Below, one piece after another: positions 62,500 to 64,000 of a stretch of DNA of 64,000 nt. The notes under the pieces are model-generated. The model was not told the DNA's origin. It did no database searches and worked only from the letters and a program-made list of their open reading frames with translations. This DNA is from an uncultured Actinomycetes bacterium (GTDB lineage: Bacteria > Actinomycetota > Thermoleophilia > UBA2241). Position numbers and translations under genes: made by a program. Positions within the stretch are counted from its first letter, which is position 1. Each line of letters starts with the position of its first letter. Location of the stretch: positions 576,001 through 640,000 of the forward strand of contig CAVRZA010000004.1 in the NCBI GenBank assembly GCA_963725665.1, given 5' to 3'.

Positions 62500-64000
62500 T
62501 CAATCCTCTCCCTTGATCTTGCGCCTGTAGGCGCGGTAGGTCATGGCCCACTTGGCCGGGTCCTCGACCGCCTCGATGCCCTTCATGCGCGCGATGGGTT
62601 GGCTGTGCGGTGCCGTCTTCACCGTCTGCGGGTCCTCGTAGGCTTCCTTCGACACCCGGCGGGCGGTCTCGCACCAGTAGTCCAGGTCCTCCTTCGAGTA
62701 CGTCTCGCACGGCTCGGGGGTGAACGGCTCGGGCACGATGACGGGGTGATGGCTGAGCCACACGCTCTGCACGCCGAAGTCGACCTGGCGATCCTGGAAG
62801 TCGTGGCAGGTGACGCCGGTCTCCTCGGTCATCTGCTCGATACTGTAGCGCACCTGGTCGAGACGCCGCTTCTCGGTGTACGGCATGGAGACGCCGCGCA
62901 CGGCGAGCAGTTGCTTCATCATGTAGTTGTTGTTGAGCACCGACACCTCGGACGCCTCGCGGAGGCCCCGAGGGCCCAGCGAGAGGCACCAGGCCCAGGA
63001 GCGCAGGATCACCGGCAGGTTGCCGTAGAACTCGCGCACCCGGCCGATGCTCTGCGGGCGCTCGTAGTCGAGGTGGTAGGCCGCCCCGTCGAACGTCACC
63101 ACCGGTACGGGCAGGAACGGCGCCAGCCGGTCGCTGCAGCAGTAGGCGCCCGTGGCCGGGCCGGCGCAGGCGTGCGGGCTCGAGAACGTCTTGTGCAGGT
63201 TGAAGTGGCAGCCGTCGAAGCCGGCGTCGCGCGCCCGCGCGATGCCCAGGACGGCGTTGGCGTTGGCTTGGTCGGTGAAGGCGAGCCCGCCGGCGTCGTG
63301 CACGACCTCGACGAACTTGTCGATGTTCGGGTTGTAGATGCCGGTGTCCTCGGGGTTGGTGATCATGATGCCGGCCGTGCGCTCGCCGACCGCGGCCTTC
63401 AGGGCGTCGAGGGGCGGATAGCCCTTCTCGTCGGGACGCAGGGTGACGACCTTGAAGCCGGCGGTCGCGGGCGCGGCGGCATCACAGGGGTGCGAGAAGA
63501 TCGTCGTGATCATCTCGTCACGCTGGGCCAGCTCGCCGCGGGCGGCGTGGTAGGCGCGCACCACGCAGGCGTTGGTGTAGGCGGCCTGCGCGCCGCCGCC
63601 GCCCTGCAGCGTGACCTCGTCCATGCCCGAGATGGCGCACAGCATGCTGCGAAACTCGTAGTAGACCTGCAGGGCGCCTTGCAGGGTCTCCTCGTCCTGC
63701 AACGGGTGCACCTCCGCCATCTGCGGCATCCGGCAGAGGTCCTCGTGCGCCTTGGGGCTGTACTTCATCGTGCACGTGCCCTCGCTGATGTCGCTGCCGA
63801 GGTCCATGCCCATGGTCTGCTGCGAGAGGCGCAGGTAGTGTCGCAGGGCCTGGTGCTGGCTGATCTCGGGGAGGGCGGGGGTGTCGGCGCGGCGCGCCGA
63901 CTCGGGCACGAAGGCGGCCGAGTCGGCGCCCACGGCCGCCTCGACCTCGTCTTCGGCGAGCGGCACGAAGATGCCACGCTCGCCGGGCACGGTCATGTCC
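62500..64000 (-). CDS. gcvPB: Glycine cleavage P-protein subunit 2 (5' end outside the window)
   Basis: GTCTMKYSPK, HPLQ, ITNPEDTG, DQANAN, PLP-lysine motif HFNLHKTFSSPH and EPCET. Confidence 0.9.
   Translation of the reverse strand, partial: DMTVPGERGIFVPLAEDEVEAAVGADSAAFVPESARRADTPALPEISQHQALRHYLRLSQQTMGMDLGSDISEGTCTMKYSPKAHEDLCRMPQMAEVHPLQDEETLQGALQVYYEFRSMLCAISGMDEVTLQGGGGAQAAYTNACVVRAYHAARGELAQRDEMITTIFSHPCDAAAPATAGFKVVTLRPDEKGYPPLDALKAAVGERTAGIMITNPEDTGIYNPNIDKFVEVVHDAGGLAFTDQANANAVLGIARARDAGFDGCHFNLHKTFSSPHACAGPATGAYCCSDRLAPFLPVPVVTFDGAAYHLDYERPQSIGRVREFYGNLPVILRSWAWCLSLGPRGLREASEVSVLNNNYMMKQLLAVRGVSMPYTEKRRLDQVRYSIEQMTEETGVTCHDFQDRQVDFGVQSVWLSHHPVIVPEPFTPEPCETYSKEDLDYWCETARRVSKEAYEDPQTVKTAPHSQPIARMKGIEAVEDPAKWAMTYRAYRRKIKGED

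Noticed and set aside
1-64000. tRNA-Pyl, pyl genes, other tRNAs, selenoprotein UGA codons
   Set aside because: I found no cloverleaf with a CUA anticodon in the intergenic regions and no in-frame TGA at a catalytic Cys position. This was a visual check only; ARAGORN or tRNAscan would be decisive.
1-64000. CRISPR array, IS element, integrase
   Set aside because: No repeat-spacer periodicity and no transposase or recombinase motifs; the 18-bp and 37-bp repeats lack spacers.

Overview
High-GC bacterial DNA, gene-dense, with about 50 CDS. It is most likely from a deep-branching actinobacterium (inference from the actinobacterial QcrCAB, DUF6328 and holin-X genes and from leaderless promoters; a Thermoleophilia-like organism is a guess). 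Content in order: a trimethylamine methyltransferase MttB with an in-frame TAG at the pyrrolysine position; a cytochrome bcc complex plus a caa3-like oxidase (fused subunits I and III) with an adjacent copper-uptake module; ABC, CDF and MFS transporters; an aeRF1-like factor; a LacI-controlled fructosamine (FrlBD-like) catabolic locus; a sarcosine/proline-oxidase-like pair; a saccharopine-dehydrogenase-like gene with an APC permease; a HydCB/NuoG-like module in one operon with NfnAB; MMPL; an ArfB-like factor; and the end of a gcvPB operon. Most notable: (1) an apparently free-standing ~50-nt RNA with its own promoter at 60367-60417 that reproduces 16S rRNA helix 16, divergent from the arfB-like gene and with no rpsD downstream; (2) amber-containing MttB in a genome that uses TAG freely as a stop; (3) the HydABC-like/NfnAB operon whose large subunit lacks the FDH catalytic residues. 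About ten single-base indels break otherwise intact genes and are probably consensus errors. I recognised no rRNA gene, tRNA, CRISPR array or transposase. All calls come from reading motifs by eye; no searches were run.
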